Assembly (NCBI GenBank): GCA_963785725.1
Contig: CAWAWS010000033.1
Coordinates: forward strand, 96,001-160,000
Reading direction: 5' to 3'
Origin: an uncultured delta proteobacterium
GTDB taxonomy: Bacteria; Myxococcota_A; Polyangia; Palsa-1104
Length of the DNA stretch: 64,000 nucleotides
Position numbers and translations under genes: made by a program. A model generated the notes under the pieces. It saw only the letters and a program-made list of their open reading frames with translations. It made no database searches and was not told the DNA's origin. This document shows positions 29,636 through 40,129 of this stretch, in pieces. Numbering within the stretch: position 1 is the first letter of the stretch; each line of letters opens with the position of its first letter.

Positions 29636-30424
29636 TTACGAGTGCTTTTTACGCTTGGCGCGCGCCGGCAGCGACGAGGTCGCGCCCGAGCCGACGAGCT
29701 TGCGCAGCGTCCGCTCCATCTCCTGCGCGAACACGATGCTGACCGCTTCCAGTCCGTGCGGCCGTAGCGCGCGATAGGCGTCGCTCAAGTCCGTCGCCGT
29801 CAGATCGCGCCCGAAGCCTTTGCCGACATTTTTGTAGAAGAACGCCGCCAAATCCTCGGTCGCGCGGTGCATGTGCTTGCGCAGGATCGCCGAGGCGCCG
29901 ATCGCCGTCTCGAAGTCGATGCCGCCCGCTTCCAAGCGCAGCGACACATTGAGCAACGCGGGGCTCTTGATGAGATAGCTGTCGCCCATGCGCTCGATCT
30001 GGCCGGCGCGCAACAGCTCCGCCGCCGCGCCCGGCCGCGCGCCCAACAGCTCGGCCAATTCGGCCTCGTTGACGACGCGCGGGCGATCGTTGGCCCACGG
30101 CTCCTGCAGCTGCTGCTCGAGCCCCAGCCACTCGTTCAACGCCAGCTCGCCCTTATCCGCCTGCGTCAACAGATCGCGAATCGCCCGAATGCGCAGCCCG
30201 CGATCTTGCAGCGAGCCGATGAGCTTCAGCCGCTCGATGTGCTCGGGACCATAATAGGCCACGCGACCGCGAATCTTCGGCTTCGGCAGCGCGCCTTTGG
30301 CCTGATAGAAGCGAATGGTACGGCTCGGCACGCGCGCGGCCACGGCCAGCTCGTCGATGGTGTACTCGGTCGCGGCCGTTGCGTTCGCGTCGTCGGGCAC
30401 GGTGCTCGCGTCATCATCGAGCAT
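29636..30424 (-). CDS. MerR-family transcriptional regulator
   Basis: YTIDELAVAARVPSRTIRFYQAKGAL...YGPEHIERLKLIGSLQDRGLRIRAI; the longer 500-aa ORF in the track is read-through from the broken desaturase. Confidence 0.88.
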   Translation of the reverse strand: MLDDDASTVPDDANATAATEYTIDELAVAARVPSRTIRFYQAKGALPKPKIRGRVAYYGPEHIERLKLIGSLQDRGLRIRAIRDLLTQADKGELALNEWLGLEQQLQEPWANDRPRVVNEAELAELLGARPGAAAELLRAGQIERMGDSYLIKSPALLNVSLRLEAGGIDFETAIGASAILRKHMHRATEDLAAFFYKNVGKGFGRDLTATDLSDAYRALRPHGLEAVSIVFAQEMERTLRKLVGSGATSSLPARAKRKKHS

Positions 30425-30519
30425 CGGCCGCGTCGTCGCAAGTCCTCGCCCGCGCCCTTCGGCGGCGCCAGGATGGGCGAGCCTGACGTCGCCGGCCAAC
30501 GCCAGCGCGGTCATTCTCG

Positions 30520-31734
30520 TCACGTCATTTCTCGAGCAACCGCACGCGCGCCGCCGACACCGCCGCCGCCTTGGCTGAGCTTCTTGATGTGCGCGAAGGC
30601 GCCTTTGAGCGTCTTGCCCCAGCTCGCGGTGCGGTATGTGACGCCGTGACGCTCGCAGGCCGCGCGGACCTCGGGCGCGATCTCGCGCAGCCGCTCCGGC
30701 GGCAGCTTCGGGAACAGGTGGTGCTCGATCTGCCGGTCGAGACCGCCGCAGAGGATCGAGATCGGGCCGGCTGACCTCGAAGTCGTTGGTGGCCTCGACC
30801 TGCATCGCGTACCACTCGCCGCGCCCGTGGGCCCGGGTGCCCTCGGCGTAGGCTGCCGTCTCTTCGCCGACGTGGCCGCAGTAGATGGTCGCCGCCGAGT
30901 AGACGTCGCGCAGCGTCTCGGCCAGCCAGTTGCCGAGCAGCACCTTCCAGAAGCACGGGCCCGGCGAGCAGCGGGAAAAAGGACGTAGTTCTTCAGGTAG
31001 TACGGCACGTACTTGCGGAACGCGCGCTTGTGCGCCGCCATGCACGCTCTTCGCGAGCGATCGCGCGAGCAAGTCGAACTGCTCGGTGCGGCCGTTGCCG
31101 AAGTAGACGTCGATGAGCCCGGTGAAGTGCGCGTTCATGAAGAGCGCGAAGTTCGGGAAGATGACGCAGCACGATCAGCGCCGACTGGATGCGCGTTGCG
31201 CTGTGGACGTGCGGCGTGTGCTCGGTGAGCCGCACGGGGCCGAAGTGGATGTCGGGATCGCGCCCGGCGACGTTCGTGTACTGGTGGTGGCGGACGTTGT
31301 GCCCGCCGCGCCACGACTCCTCGTCGATGGGCAGGTCCCACTTGAACTTCTTGGACTCGAAGCGCCTCGGCGCCTTCGATGCCGTCGTAGGCGCCGTGCA
31401 GCGCCGTGTGGCCGATCTCGGTCGCCTGCAGCTGCTTGTGCAGCCACAGCGACACCACGCCGGCCGAGAACGTGAACGGATCGAGCGACACGTGCAAGAG
31501 CACGCGACCGCACACTTCGAACAGGCGCGACACGCGATCGAGCTTCTTCACGTAGCGCAGGTCTTCCTGGCCGATCTGCGCTTCGACGCGCTCGCGAATC
31601 TCGTCGATCGCCGCACCGAACGCGCGCAGCCGCTCGGCATCCGCGTCCGGCGCCACGCTCAGCTTCTTGGCCTTGGCGGCTTGGGGCGCGATCTCCGTAT
31701 CGATTTCGGGGGCGATGCGTTGCGGCTGCGTCAT
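30520..31734 (-). pseudogene. Acyl-CoA/fatty acid desaturase (DesA3-like), split by several frameshifts (probably sequence errors)
   Basis: His boxes GHTALHG, HNVRHH and QIEHHLFP lie in different frames; first shift near 31366. Confidence 0.85.
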
Positions 31735-31777
31735 CGGATTCACCTCAGCGAGCGATGCCTCATCGCCCAATGAGACA

Positions 31778-31832
31778 GTTATAAGCGTGACACCAAACGA
31801 TGTCAAGATCGATATGACAGTAAATAGTGTCA
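31778..31832 (-). promoter_or_regulatory. Sigma70-like promoter TTGACA-N17-TATAAC for desaturase-merR, with two TGACA-N8-TGTCA operators
   Basis: -35 at 31806-31801, -10 at 31783-31778; dyads at 31788-31805 and 31815-31832. Confidence 0.7.
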
Positions 31833-31866
31833 CGATCGAAACAGGGACCGATGTTAGGTTCGCGCC

Positions 31867-32247
31867 ATGGCCGACGGCTTCGTTCTCGCTCCCGAGCGCT
31901 ACATCAGCCTCGAGAGCTTCAAGAAAGACGGAATGGGCGTCAAAACTCCGGTGTGGGCGGCGCCGCTCGACGGCAAGCTCGTCATCGTCACCGACGGCAC
32001 GTCGTTCAAGGTCAAGCGGCTGCGCAACAACGCCAAGTGCCGCGCCGCCGCCTGCGACGTGCGCGGCAACGTCAAAGGGCCGTTCTACGACTTCACCTGC
32101 CGCGTCACGCAGGATCCGGGCGACGTGCAGCGCATGTATCGCGCGCTCGCCGACAAATACGGCTGGCAGGTCAAGGTGCTCAACTTCTTCGCCATGCTCG
32201 GCCGTCGCATCGGCCGCCGCGCCTACTTGGAGCTGACGCCGGTTTGA
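31867..32247 (+). CDS. PPOX-class (pyridoxamine 5'-phosphate oxidase-like, putatively F420-dependent) oxidoreductase
   Basis: YISLESFKKDG..VKTPVW, KVKRLRNN, CDVRG, LADKYG. Confidence 0.82.
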   Translation: MADGFVLAPERYISLESFKKDGMGVKTPVWAAPLDGKLVIVTDGTSFKVKRLRNNAKCRAAACDVRGNVKGPFYDFTCRVTQDPGDVQRMYRALADKYGWQVKVLNFFAMLGRRIGRRAYLELTPV

Positions 32248-32249
32248 CC

Positions 32250-33083
32250 TTACGGCGCCGGCGCGGGCGGTGCCGGCGGCTGGGCGACGTCTTCGATGAG
32301 CGCGCCGCACGACGGCGGCAGCTGCGGCTGCGCGCCCACTTTCGCTTTGTACGTCTGCTTGCCTTTGTCGCGATCGGCCGCCGCCGCCGGATTCAGCCAC
32401 CAGCCGAGCTGATCGCAGCCGTCGCCGGGCGGCAGCGGCGCCTGCGCCACGCACTCGGGGCTGTCGGCGGGACAGGCCAGCCGCACGTGGAAGTGATCGT
32501 CGTGTCCCCACCACGGACGAATCTTCTGCAGCCACTTGCGATCGCCCGTCGTCCGCTCGCACAGCGCGCGCTTGAGCAGCGGGTTCAGGAAGATGCGCTC
32601 GACCGCCACATTCTCGGCCGCCAGCTCGACCACGCGCGCGATCGCCGGCGTAAAACGCGACGACGGCTGCTGATGCGCCGAGTCGACCATCGACGCGCTC
32701 TCGGTGACGCTCGGCGCCGCGAACCACAAGTCGACGTCGAGGCCGGTCTGGTGGCTGGCGTGTCCCGTCGGCGCGGGTCCGCCGCGCGGCTGCCCCATGT
32801 CGCCGACGTACAAGGGCGGCTGCTTCAGCGTCGAGAGCCGCGTGCCCAGCGACTCGATCAGCGACACCAGCAGCGGATGGCCGAAGACGCGATTGCGCTC
32901 GGGCTTGACGACGCGAAAGCCATCGCCGCGCATCGGCAACGCCACGGCGCCCGCGATGCAGCCGGCGCTATAGCCGCCGATGGCGCGCGCCGGCCCCGTC
33001 GACGGCGTGCGCGCGCGGCTCCATGGCGTCGGCGGTGAAGCGGCCGCCGGCAGCGTCAACAGCACGAGCGCAGCCGCGAGCAT
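32250..33083 (-). CDS. mepA: Penicillin-insensitive murein endopeptidase (peptidase M74)
   Basis: AIGGYSAGCIAGA, GDMGQPRGGP, GHASHQTGLDVDLW, IRPWWGHDDHFHVRLACP. Confidence 0.92.
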   Translation of the reverse strand: MLAAALVLLTLPAAASPPTPWSRARTPSTGPARAIGGYSAGCIAGAVALPMRGDGFRVVKPERNRVFGHPLLVSLIESLGTRLSTLKQPPLYVGDMGQPRGGPAPTGHASHQTGLDVDLWFAAPSVTESASMVDSAHQQPSSRFTPAIARVVELAAENVAVERIFLNPLLKRALCERTTGDRKWLQKIRPWWGHDDHFHVRLACPADSPECVAQAPLPPGDGCDQLGWWLNPAAAADRDKGKQTYKAKVGAQPQLPPSCGALIEDVAQPPAPPAPAP

Positions 33084-33170
33084 CCCCTGCCCTCGGCCTC
33101 GCCTGGCGGCGCAACGAAGGCCGCGGGTCGGTCGCATCCGTCGATCGTAGCAGAGCGCCGCCGCGCGTCC

Positions 33171-34976
33171 TTATTCTTCGTCGGTCGCAGCCGATGCGGT
33201 CGGCGCACTGGCCACGGCCGCGTGATGATGATGGTGCGCCCCGCCGCGCGGCGTGCCTGCCGGCGCCTCCGCCGTCAGCCGCAGCGGATCGCCACCCGGC
33301 GCCGACACGCGCAGCGGCCACAGCGCGATCAGCGGCTCGGGATCGATGTAGCGCGAGTGATCGCCGTTCGGCTCTTGCACCGCGATCGTAAAATGCAGAT
33401 GCGGCGCCGAATGCTTGATGCCCGAGCGCCCGACCCAGCCGATGATGTCGCCCGCCTTGACCGTCTGCCCGACGTCGAGCGCCGGCGGAATCGCCGCCAA
33501 GTGGAAATACTGCGAGACGATCGTGCGGCCGCGATGCGTGATGCGCACGTAATGGCCGCCGTGATCGGCGTTGGCGGCGCGCTGGACGCGATCGATGACG
33601 CCGTCATGCACCGCGAACACCGCTTCGCCGTAGGCGCTGCCGATGTCGACGCCGCAGTGGCCGTTGACGCACTCGGAGGGTCGATCGCCGGCGCGCTCGG
33701 CGCCGAAGACGCGGCTGTCGCGGATCGGCATGCGTCGCGCCGGGCCCGGCAGCGGATGCACCCAGATGTCGCGCATGAGCTCGGCCAGCTGCGCCTTTTC
33801 CAGCGCGGCCGCGTCTTGCGGCGGGGCCGGCGCGACCGGCGTCTGCGGCTGCGACGGCGCCACGGCCGCGTTCACCATCGCCGCCGGCGGCAGCGCCGTC
33901 GTGCCGCGATCGCGATTCCACAGCGGGATCGACGCCACGAGGCCGACGAGGAGCCAGGCCGCGCCCGGCAGCGGCCGGCGCCGCGAGCTGAACGGCAGAT
34001 CGACGGCCGACGCGCCCGCCGTCGGCGTGGCGATGGCGTCGCGCGCGAACGTCGCCCGCGGGCGATTGCGCACGATCTGCGGCTTCAGTCGCGGCAGCTT
34101 CTGCGGCACCGCCGTCGCTTCCAGGCGCGGCTCGATGCGCGGCTTGCTCTTGGCGACGTTGGTCGGCGCCTGATCGCCCGCGTACAGCGACGACGCCGGC
34201 GCCGGCGCCGCGTCACCGCCATACAGCGACGACAGCCGCACCGGCGCCGGCGCGGCGATCAGCGGCGATTGCGCCGGCGGCACGAACGGCATCGTCGGCG
34301 TGCCCGTCGAAAACAGCCCCGAAATCGGCCGCTCCAAAGACGGCGCCGAGCCGAGCGGCATCTGCGGCGGCGGTGCCGAGACGATCGTGCGCAGCTCTTC
34401 GGCTTCGTAAAGCGGCGTCGGCGGATAGGACTGCGCCGGCGGCGAGACCAGCTGCGGCACCGAGAGGCGCGCGCTCAGCCGCGACTGCGCCGGCACCAGC
34501 AGCGGCGCCGCCTCCTCTTGCGCCGTCGCGCGCAACGCCGCCGCCGACGAATTGGGCGACGTGCGCTCGGGCGTCTTGGGCACCATCGGCACGTCGCTGA
34601 CGACGACCGCCGCCGGCCTCGGCTTCGCGCGCTCGGCGATCGCCGCGTTCGACGGCAGCGCCGAGAACGAACGCACCGCCGACGACGTCGCCACCGGTTG
34701 CCCCGCCGCCGCCGCCGCCGCCAAGCGCTCCTGCTCGGCGATGTCGGCCAGCGCCGCCTGCGCCGCCACGCACGACGGATCGACGAGCAGACACTCGCGC
34801 AGCTGCGCCGCGGCGTCTTTACGCTGATGTCGCGCCAACAGCGCGCGCGCCAAGAGCAGCCGCAGCGTCACACAGCGCGGCGACGCCGCCAGCTCGCGCA
34901 TGCAAAACGCGATGGCGTCGCCGTATCGCCGATCGACGATCAGTTGCTCGGCGGCTGCAAACATCCCGGACGTCAC
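33171..34976 (-). CDS. M23 metallopeptidase with N-terminal TPR, Pro-rich linker and TM segment
   Basis: HCGVDI (HxxxD), YFHL, VKAGDIIGWVGRSG, PHLHF. Confidence 0.82.
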   Translation of the reverse strand: MTSGMFAAAEQLIVDRRYGDAIAFCMRELAASPRCVTLRLLLARALLARHQRKDAAAQLRECLLVDPSCVAAQAALADIAEQERLAAAAAAGQPVATSSAVRSFSALPSNAAIAERAKPRPAAVVVSDVPMVPKTPERTSPNSSAAALRATAQEEAAPLLVPAQSRLSARLSVPQLVSPPAQSYPPTPLYEAEELRTIVSAPPPQMPLGSAPSLERPISGLFSTGTPTMPFVPPAQSPLIAAPAPVRLSSLYGGDAAPAPASSLYAGDQAPTNVAKSKPRIEPRLEATAVPQKLPRLKPQIVRNRPRATFARDAIATPTAGASAVDLPFSSRRRPLPGAAWLLVGLVASIPLWNRDRGTTALPPAAMVNAAVAPSQPQTPVAPAPPQDAAALEKAQLAELMRDIWVHPLPGPARRMPIRDSRVFGAERAGDRPSECVNGHCGVDIGSAYGEAVFAVHDGVIDRVQRAANADHGGHYVRITHRGRTIVSQYFHLAAIPPALDVGQTVKAGDIIGWVGRSGIKHSAPHLHFTIAVQEPNGDHSRYIDPEPLIALWPLRVSAPGGDPLRLTAEAPAGTPRGGAHHHHHAAVASAPTASAATDEE

Positions 34977-35159
34977 ACACCTCCGCTGACGCTCGATCGC
35001 AAGTTGCGGGCCTAATTCGCGATCGCAGTTTCAAGCGTTTGCCTCGCCGTCGATCGCCGATCTGGGCCTGTGCGGTTGACAAACTGGGGCGGCGACTCCC
35101 AGCTGCAACATCGTCAGCGCAATTGAAAGACCGCGCCGGCGCGTTCATGCTCGGCGACC

Positions 35160-35483
35160 ATGGCCAAGAAGCCGAAGGCGCCCGTGCGCGCCCGCACCGC
35201 CGACCGCATCCGCGAGCGCGACACGCGCCGCCTCGTGCGCGACAAGCAGAAGCTGGCGCTGCTCGAGCCTGGCGGCTCGGCGGAGCGGCCGATCGCGGTC
35301 ACGTCGTCGTCGGTGATCGCGGTGCGCGCGCGCGCGACGCCCTGTCCGCTGTGCGCCGGCGAGCTGCGCCTCGACGAGGAATTGGCCCAATCGGCGACCT
35401 TGCGGGCGGCGCAGATGACGTGCGTGCGCTGCGGCGTGCATCGATCTTTATGGTTCCTCATCGGCTCGCCGCTGCTCAATTGA
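35160..35483 (+). CDS. Small zinc-ribbon protein
   Basis: CPLC...CVRC, basic N-terminus. Confidence 0.7.
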   Translation: MAKKPKAPVRARTADRIRERDTRRLVRDKQKLALLEPGGSAERPIAVTSSSVIAVRARATPCPLCAGELRLDEELAQSATLRAAQMTCVRCGVHRSLWFLIGSPLLN

Positions 35484-35688
35484 CGCAAAGCCCGCGCTCG
35501 CTCGGCCTGGCGGCGCGATGACGGGCGAGGCTGGCAGCACCACGCGTGGCGGGGGGTCGAGTCGCCGCTGTGGAGCACACACCCCGCGGCCGGCGGCGAT
35601 CTCCGCGCGAAAACGCACGCCAGCATGCGGATTTCCCGCGCGTCGCAAGCGGCACGAATCTGGCACCGCTGAGGCCGAGAGAGTCCTC

Positions 35689-35964
35689 ATGCGAACAATG
35701 ATCCTGCTCGCGCTCGCGCTCCTGCTGCCACTGGCGTCGTCGTCGACGGCGTTGGCCGACGTCTTCATGCAGGCGCGCTGCCCGCAGCATCGCGTCGAAT
35801 GGCGCGGCCCCAAGCGCAGCTCGCACGCCGCCTTCCGCGACGCCGACGCGCACAACCGCGCGCACCGCGGCCACGACGCGCGGGTCGTCATGGTCGACCA
35901 CGAAGACCCGGCGCCGGCGCAAACGTCGCAGGCGTCCATCGAGCCGACGACCAAGATGCAATAG
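35689..35964 (+). CDS. Small secreted hypothetical protein
   Basis: Signal peptide MRTMILLALALLLPLASSSTALA. Confidence 0.6.
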   Translation: MRTMILLALALLLPLASSSTALADVFMQARCPQHRVEWRGPKRSSHAAFRDADAHNRAHRGHDARVVMVDHEDPAPAQTSQASIEPTTKMQ

Positions 35965-36062
35965 CGTTAGACGCTCGCCTGCGAGACGCCCGAAACTTCT
36001 TTGAGAGCGCGGCGCGTTGATCGTCGTACAGGCGCCCGATTATTCACGTACTATCCGCGCTC

Positions 36063-37691
36063 GTGAGCGCCTCTGGAAACCTTGCGGCCGACGTCATCAT
36101 CGCGGGCGGCGGTCTCGCCGGCCTCGTCGCCGCCTATGAGCTGATCGAGCACGGCAAAAAAGTCCTCCTCATCGACAAGGACAAGCCCGAGAAGCTGGGC
36201 GGCCTGGCCAAGGAGTCGTTCGGCGGCGTGCACCTCATCGGCACGCCGCACCAAAAGCGCGGCGGCATCAAAGACTCGCCCGAGCTCGCCTGGCGCGACT
36301 GGCAGAGCTACGCCGCGTTTTCGCCCGACGCCGACTGGCCGCGCAAGTGGGCGCAGTTCTACTGCGAGAACTCGTACGAGCTCATCTACGAGTTCATGGA
36401 CCACAAGAAGATCTCGTTCCTACCCGTCGTCAACTGGCCCGAGCGCGGCGTCTTCGTCCCCGGCAACAGCGTCCCGCGCTGGCACATCACCTGGGGCACC
36501 GGCTACGAGATCATCTTCCGCCTCTTGGCCGCGCTCGACGCCCATCCGAAGCGCGCGCAGCTCGAGATCCTCTTCGACACCGAGGTGTCCGACTTCGAGG
36601 TGCAGAACGGCCGCGCCGTCGGCGTCACCGGCAAGCGCATGGCCGACGGCAGCGCCTTCTCCGCGCGCGCCGAGCACGTCATCCTCGCCACCGGCGGCAT
36701 CTGCGGCGGCGATCTGTCGAAGCTGCGCCAGCATTGGCTGGCCGATTGGGGCGCGCCGCCCAAGAAGATCCTCAACGGCGCGCACATCTACGCCGACGGC
36801 CTGATGCACGATCGCGTCGTCGAGCACGGCGGCAACGTCACGCACCTCGAGAACCAATGGCACTACGCCGCCGGCGTGCACCATCCGGCCAAGCGCAAGC
36901 CCGACGACGGCTTGAGCCTCGTGCCGCCGCGCTCGGCCTTGTGGCTCAACGCGCTCGGCCAGCGCATCGGCCCGCAGCCGCTCGTCGGCTACACCGACAC
37001 GCGCTTCCTCGTCGAGAACATCGTCAAGCAGCCGGGCCAATATTCGTGGCAGCTCATGAACTGGAAGATCGCGACCAAAGAGCTCGCGGTCTCCGGCTCC
37101 GATTACATGACCGCCTTTCGCAACAAGAAGCGGCTCTTACTGTTGAAGCATTTGATCTTCGGTAATCGCGAGTTGATCGATCGCCTCATTCGCGAGTGTC
37201 CCGACGACTTCGCGGTCGCGACGACGCTGCCCGAGCTCGTCGACAAGATGAACGCGCGCAGCCTCTTCGGCTTGAAAGTCGACCAGCAAGCGGTCACCGA
37301 CGCGACGCGCGACTACGACGATCAAATCGCGCGCGGCCCCGCCTATCACAACGACGATCAACTGCGCCGCATCGCCGGCTTTCGCACCTATCGCGGCGAC
37401 AAAATCCGCATCTGCAAGTTTCAAAAGATCGTCGACGACAAAGCCATGCCGCTCATCGCCGTGCGCGAGTTCATCTTGTCGCGCAAGAGCCTGGGCGGCA
37501 TTCAGACCGACTTGCAATGCCGCGTCCTTACGCCCGACGGCACGCCGATCTCCGGCTTGTACGCCGTCGGCGAGGCGGCCGGCTTCGGCGGCGGCGGCAT
37601 CCACGGACGCGGCTCGCTCGAGGGCACATTCTTGGGCGGCTGCGTGCTCACCGGCCGCGTCGCCGGCAAAACCATCGCACGAGGAGTGTAA
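36063..37691 (+). CDS. FAD-binding dehydrogenase (FAD_binding_2; 3-ketosteroid dehydrogenase/fumarate reductase-like)
   Basis: GGGLAGLVAA, LGGLAKESFGG, RWHITWGTG, KSLGGIQTD, GLYAVGEAAGFGGGGIHG..SLEGTFLGGC. Confidence 0.9.
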   Translation: MSASGNLAADVIIAGGGLAGLVAAYELIEHGKKVLLIDKDKPEKLGGLAKESFGGVHLIGTPHQKRGGIKDSPELAWRDWQSYAAFSPDADWPRKWAQFYCENSYELIYEFMDHKKISFLPVVNWPERGVFVPGNSVPRWHITWGTGYEIIFRLLAALDAHPKRAQLEILFDTEVSDFEVQNGRAVGVTGKRMADGSAFSARAEHVILATGGICGGDLSKLRQHWLADWGAPPKKILNGAHIYADGLMHDRVVEHGGNVTHLENQWHYAAGVHHPAKRKPDDGLSLVPPRSALWLNALGQRIGPQPLVGYTDTRFLVENIVKQPGQYSWQLMNWKIATKELAVSGSDYMTAFRNKKRLLLLKHLIFGNRELIDRLIRECPDDFAVATTLPELVDKMNARSLFGLKVDQQAVTDATRDYDDQIARGPAYHNDDQLRRIAGFRTYRGDKIRICKFQKIVDDKAMPLIAVREFILSRKSLGGIQTDLQCRVLTPDGTPISGLYAVGEAAGFGGGGIHGRGSLEGTFLGGCVLTGRVAGKTIARGV

Positions 37692-37782
37692 TGAGCGAGC
37701 GTAAGCGAGCGAATGTGAGCGTCCGGCCCGTAGGGCCAGCGGATCGATTGTCTCGGAGCGCCTGCAAGGTGCTCCCATGAGC
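37691..37782 (+). repeat. 86-bp REP/MITE-like insert flanked by ATGAGC direct repeats, encoding a 29-aa coupling mini-ORF
   Basis: ATGAGC at 37691 and 37777; TAATG overlap upstream and ATGA overlap downstream; internal short hairpins. Confidence 0.55.
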
Positions 37783-39538
37783 TCGACGGTTCGTATCGGC
37801 GGCAAGAAGAGCGGCGCCTGGTTGGCGCGCTGGGCGATGGAGCAGCTCCCGATCTCGCACACGTTCGGCATCCCCGGCGTGCACAACACCGAAATCTACG
37901 ACGAGCTCAACAAGTCCGAGCGCATTCACCCGGTGCTCGTCACGCATGAAGCGGGCGCGTCGTTCATCGCCGACGGCATCAGCCGCACGTCCAAAGGCGA
38001 GATCGGCTGCTGCCTCATCGTCCCCGCCGCCGGCTTGACGCACGCCATGTCCGGCATCGGCGAAGCGTTCCTCGACGGCATCGCCATGCTCGTCATCTCC
38101 GGCGGCACGCGCACCGACGTCGAGTTCGGCTATCAGCTGCACGAGCTCGATCAGCACGCGATCTTGAAGGGCCTGACCAAAGGCTCGTGGCTCGTCAAAG
38201 AGCACAAAGACATCGTGCCCACGATCTTCGAGGCCTATCGCACCGCCGTCACCGGCACGCCCGGCCCCGTCTTCGTCGAGATCCCCGTCAATCTGCAGCT
38301 GTTCCAAGGCGACGTCGGCGACGTGCCCGCGTTCGTGCCGCCGCCGGCCGCGCCGCCCGCGCCCGACGGTCTCCTCGACGAAGCCGTCGCGCTCTTGGCC
38401 GACTCGAAGTCGCCCGGCCTGTTCGTCGGCTGGGGCGCCGTCGACGTCTTGCCGCAGCTGCAACAGATCGCCGATCGCTTGGGCGCGCCCGTCGCCACGA
38501 CGCTGCAAGGCTTGAGCGCCTTCCCCGGCAATCATCCGCTCTCGGTCGGCATGGGCTTCTCGCGCGCCGCCGTTCCCGCCGGCGAAAACGCGTTCAAGAA
38601 CTGCGACTGCCTGCTCGCCATCGGCACGCGCTTCGGCGAAATCCCGACCGGCAGCTTCGGCTGCAAAGTGCCCGAGCGGCTCATCCACATCGACATCGAT
38701 CCCAACGTCCTCAATCGCAACTTCAAAGCCAAGGTGGCGATCGCCGGCGATGCGCGCGTGGTCGTGCCACAGCTGTTGGCGAAGCTGGAAGCCAAGAACG
38801 TCAGCCAGCCCGAGCGCAAACAGAAAGTGGCCGCGCAGATCGCCGAGGACAAAGCGGCCTACAAGAAGGAATGGGCGGCGCACCTCAACGAGCGCGTCAA
38901 CCCGTCGCTCTTCTTCGACGAGCTGCGCCGCCAGCTGCGCGACGATGCCTTGTGCGTCGTCGACGACGGCAACCACACGTTCTTGGCCGCCGAGCTCTTC
39001 GAGGTGCGCGGCGCGCGCGGCTTCATCTCGCCCACCGACTTCAACTGCATGGGCTACTGCGTCCCCGCCGCCATCGGCGCCAAGCTCGTCAACAAGACGC
39101 GCCAGGTCGTCGGCATCGTCGGTGACGGCGCCTTCCTCATGACCGGCCTCGAGATCCTGACGGCCACGACCGAAGGCTGCGGCATCGTCTACTTCGTCTT
39201 CTACGACGGCGAGCTGTCGCAGATTCTCGCAGGCGCAGGCCATCCCGTACAACCGCAAGACTTGTACGATCGTCGGCAAGGTGCAGCTCGAAGGCGTCGC
39301 CATGGCCACGGGCGCGCGCTACTTGAAAATCGACAGCAACAGCGGCATCGCCGAGGGCATCAAGTCGGCGCTGGCGACGGCCGACAGCGGTCAGCCGGTC
39401 ATCGTCGACGTCAAGGTCGACTACTCCAAGCGCACGCGGTTCACGCAAGGCGTGGTCACGACGAACCTCAAGCGCTTTCCGTTGGGCGACAAGATTCGCT
39501 TCATCGGCCGCGCCGTCGTCCGCAAAGTCACGGGTTAA
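37777..39538 (+). CDS. Thiamine pyrophosphate-binding enzyme (acetolactate synthase large subunit-like); one +1 frameshift near 39225
   Basis: FGIPGVHN, THEAGASFIADG, GPVFVEIP, MGYCVPAAIGAK, GDGAFLM; C-terminus continues in ORF 39281..39538. Confidence 0.88.
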
Positions 39539-39634
39539 CCGCTAGTTACGATTTTCTCGCGCCCACCCCTCAAGACTTTTTCAGCGCGGTCGAAGCAATA
39601 GAGTGCGGGTCCTTCCGAGCCCGCAGGTAAGCAC

Positions 39635-40114
39635 ATGAGAGCAAGTCTACATTCGATGCAGAGCCAGCTCGTCCAGTCCGACCTGGCCGCGAAGCGCGCC
39701 AGCGCGACGACGGCGACGAGCAGCGTCAGCGGTCTCGCGACGCCGACGAGCACCACGACCGGCAGCGGCAACGCCCTCGGCTCGGCGGCGATCTCGTCGT
39801 TCGCGCAGTTCCTGTCGAAGCTGCAGAACTTGGCGCAGACGAACCCGACGAAAGAGAAGTCGGTGCTGAACGACATCGCCTCCAAGCTGCAGACGCAGGC
39901 GCAGGCGACGGGCGGAGACGCCGGGCAGCGCTTGTCGCAGATGGCCGATCGCTTCGCGCAGGCGGCGCAGACGGGCGACCTGTCGGCGCTGCAGTCGAAG
40001 ACGCCGTCGGCGAACGGCGCGGGTGGCGCCACGTCACGCGCGCTGTCGGCCTACCAGCAGAACAGCGGCGTCGACCAGTCGGTCATGGACGTCTTGAACG
40101 GCGAACAGCTGTAA
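39635..40114 (+). CDS. Hypothetical Ser/Thr/Ala/Gln-rich helical protein
   Basis: Clean GC3-biased ORF; no motif recognised. Confidence 0.7.
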   Translation: MRASLHSMQSQLVQSDLAAKRASATTATSSVSGLATPTSTTTGSGNALGSAAISSFAQFLSKLQNLAQTNPTKEKSVLNDIASKLQTQAQATGGDAGQRLSQMADRFAQAAQTGDLSALQSKTPSANGAGGATSRALSAYQQNSGVDQSVMDVLNGEQL

Positions 40115-40129
40115 CGACGCGCGCCAACG

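Noticed and set aside
29636..31138. Apparent 500-aa desaturase-MerR fusion
   Set aside because: Artefact of desaturase frameshifts; the desaturase stops at 30520 and MerR has its own start near 30424
37777..39538. Programmed frameshift in the TPP enzyme, or naming it ilvB
   Set aside because: No slippery heptamer at the shift; no ilvN/ilvC nearby, so substrate unknown
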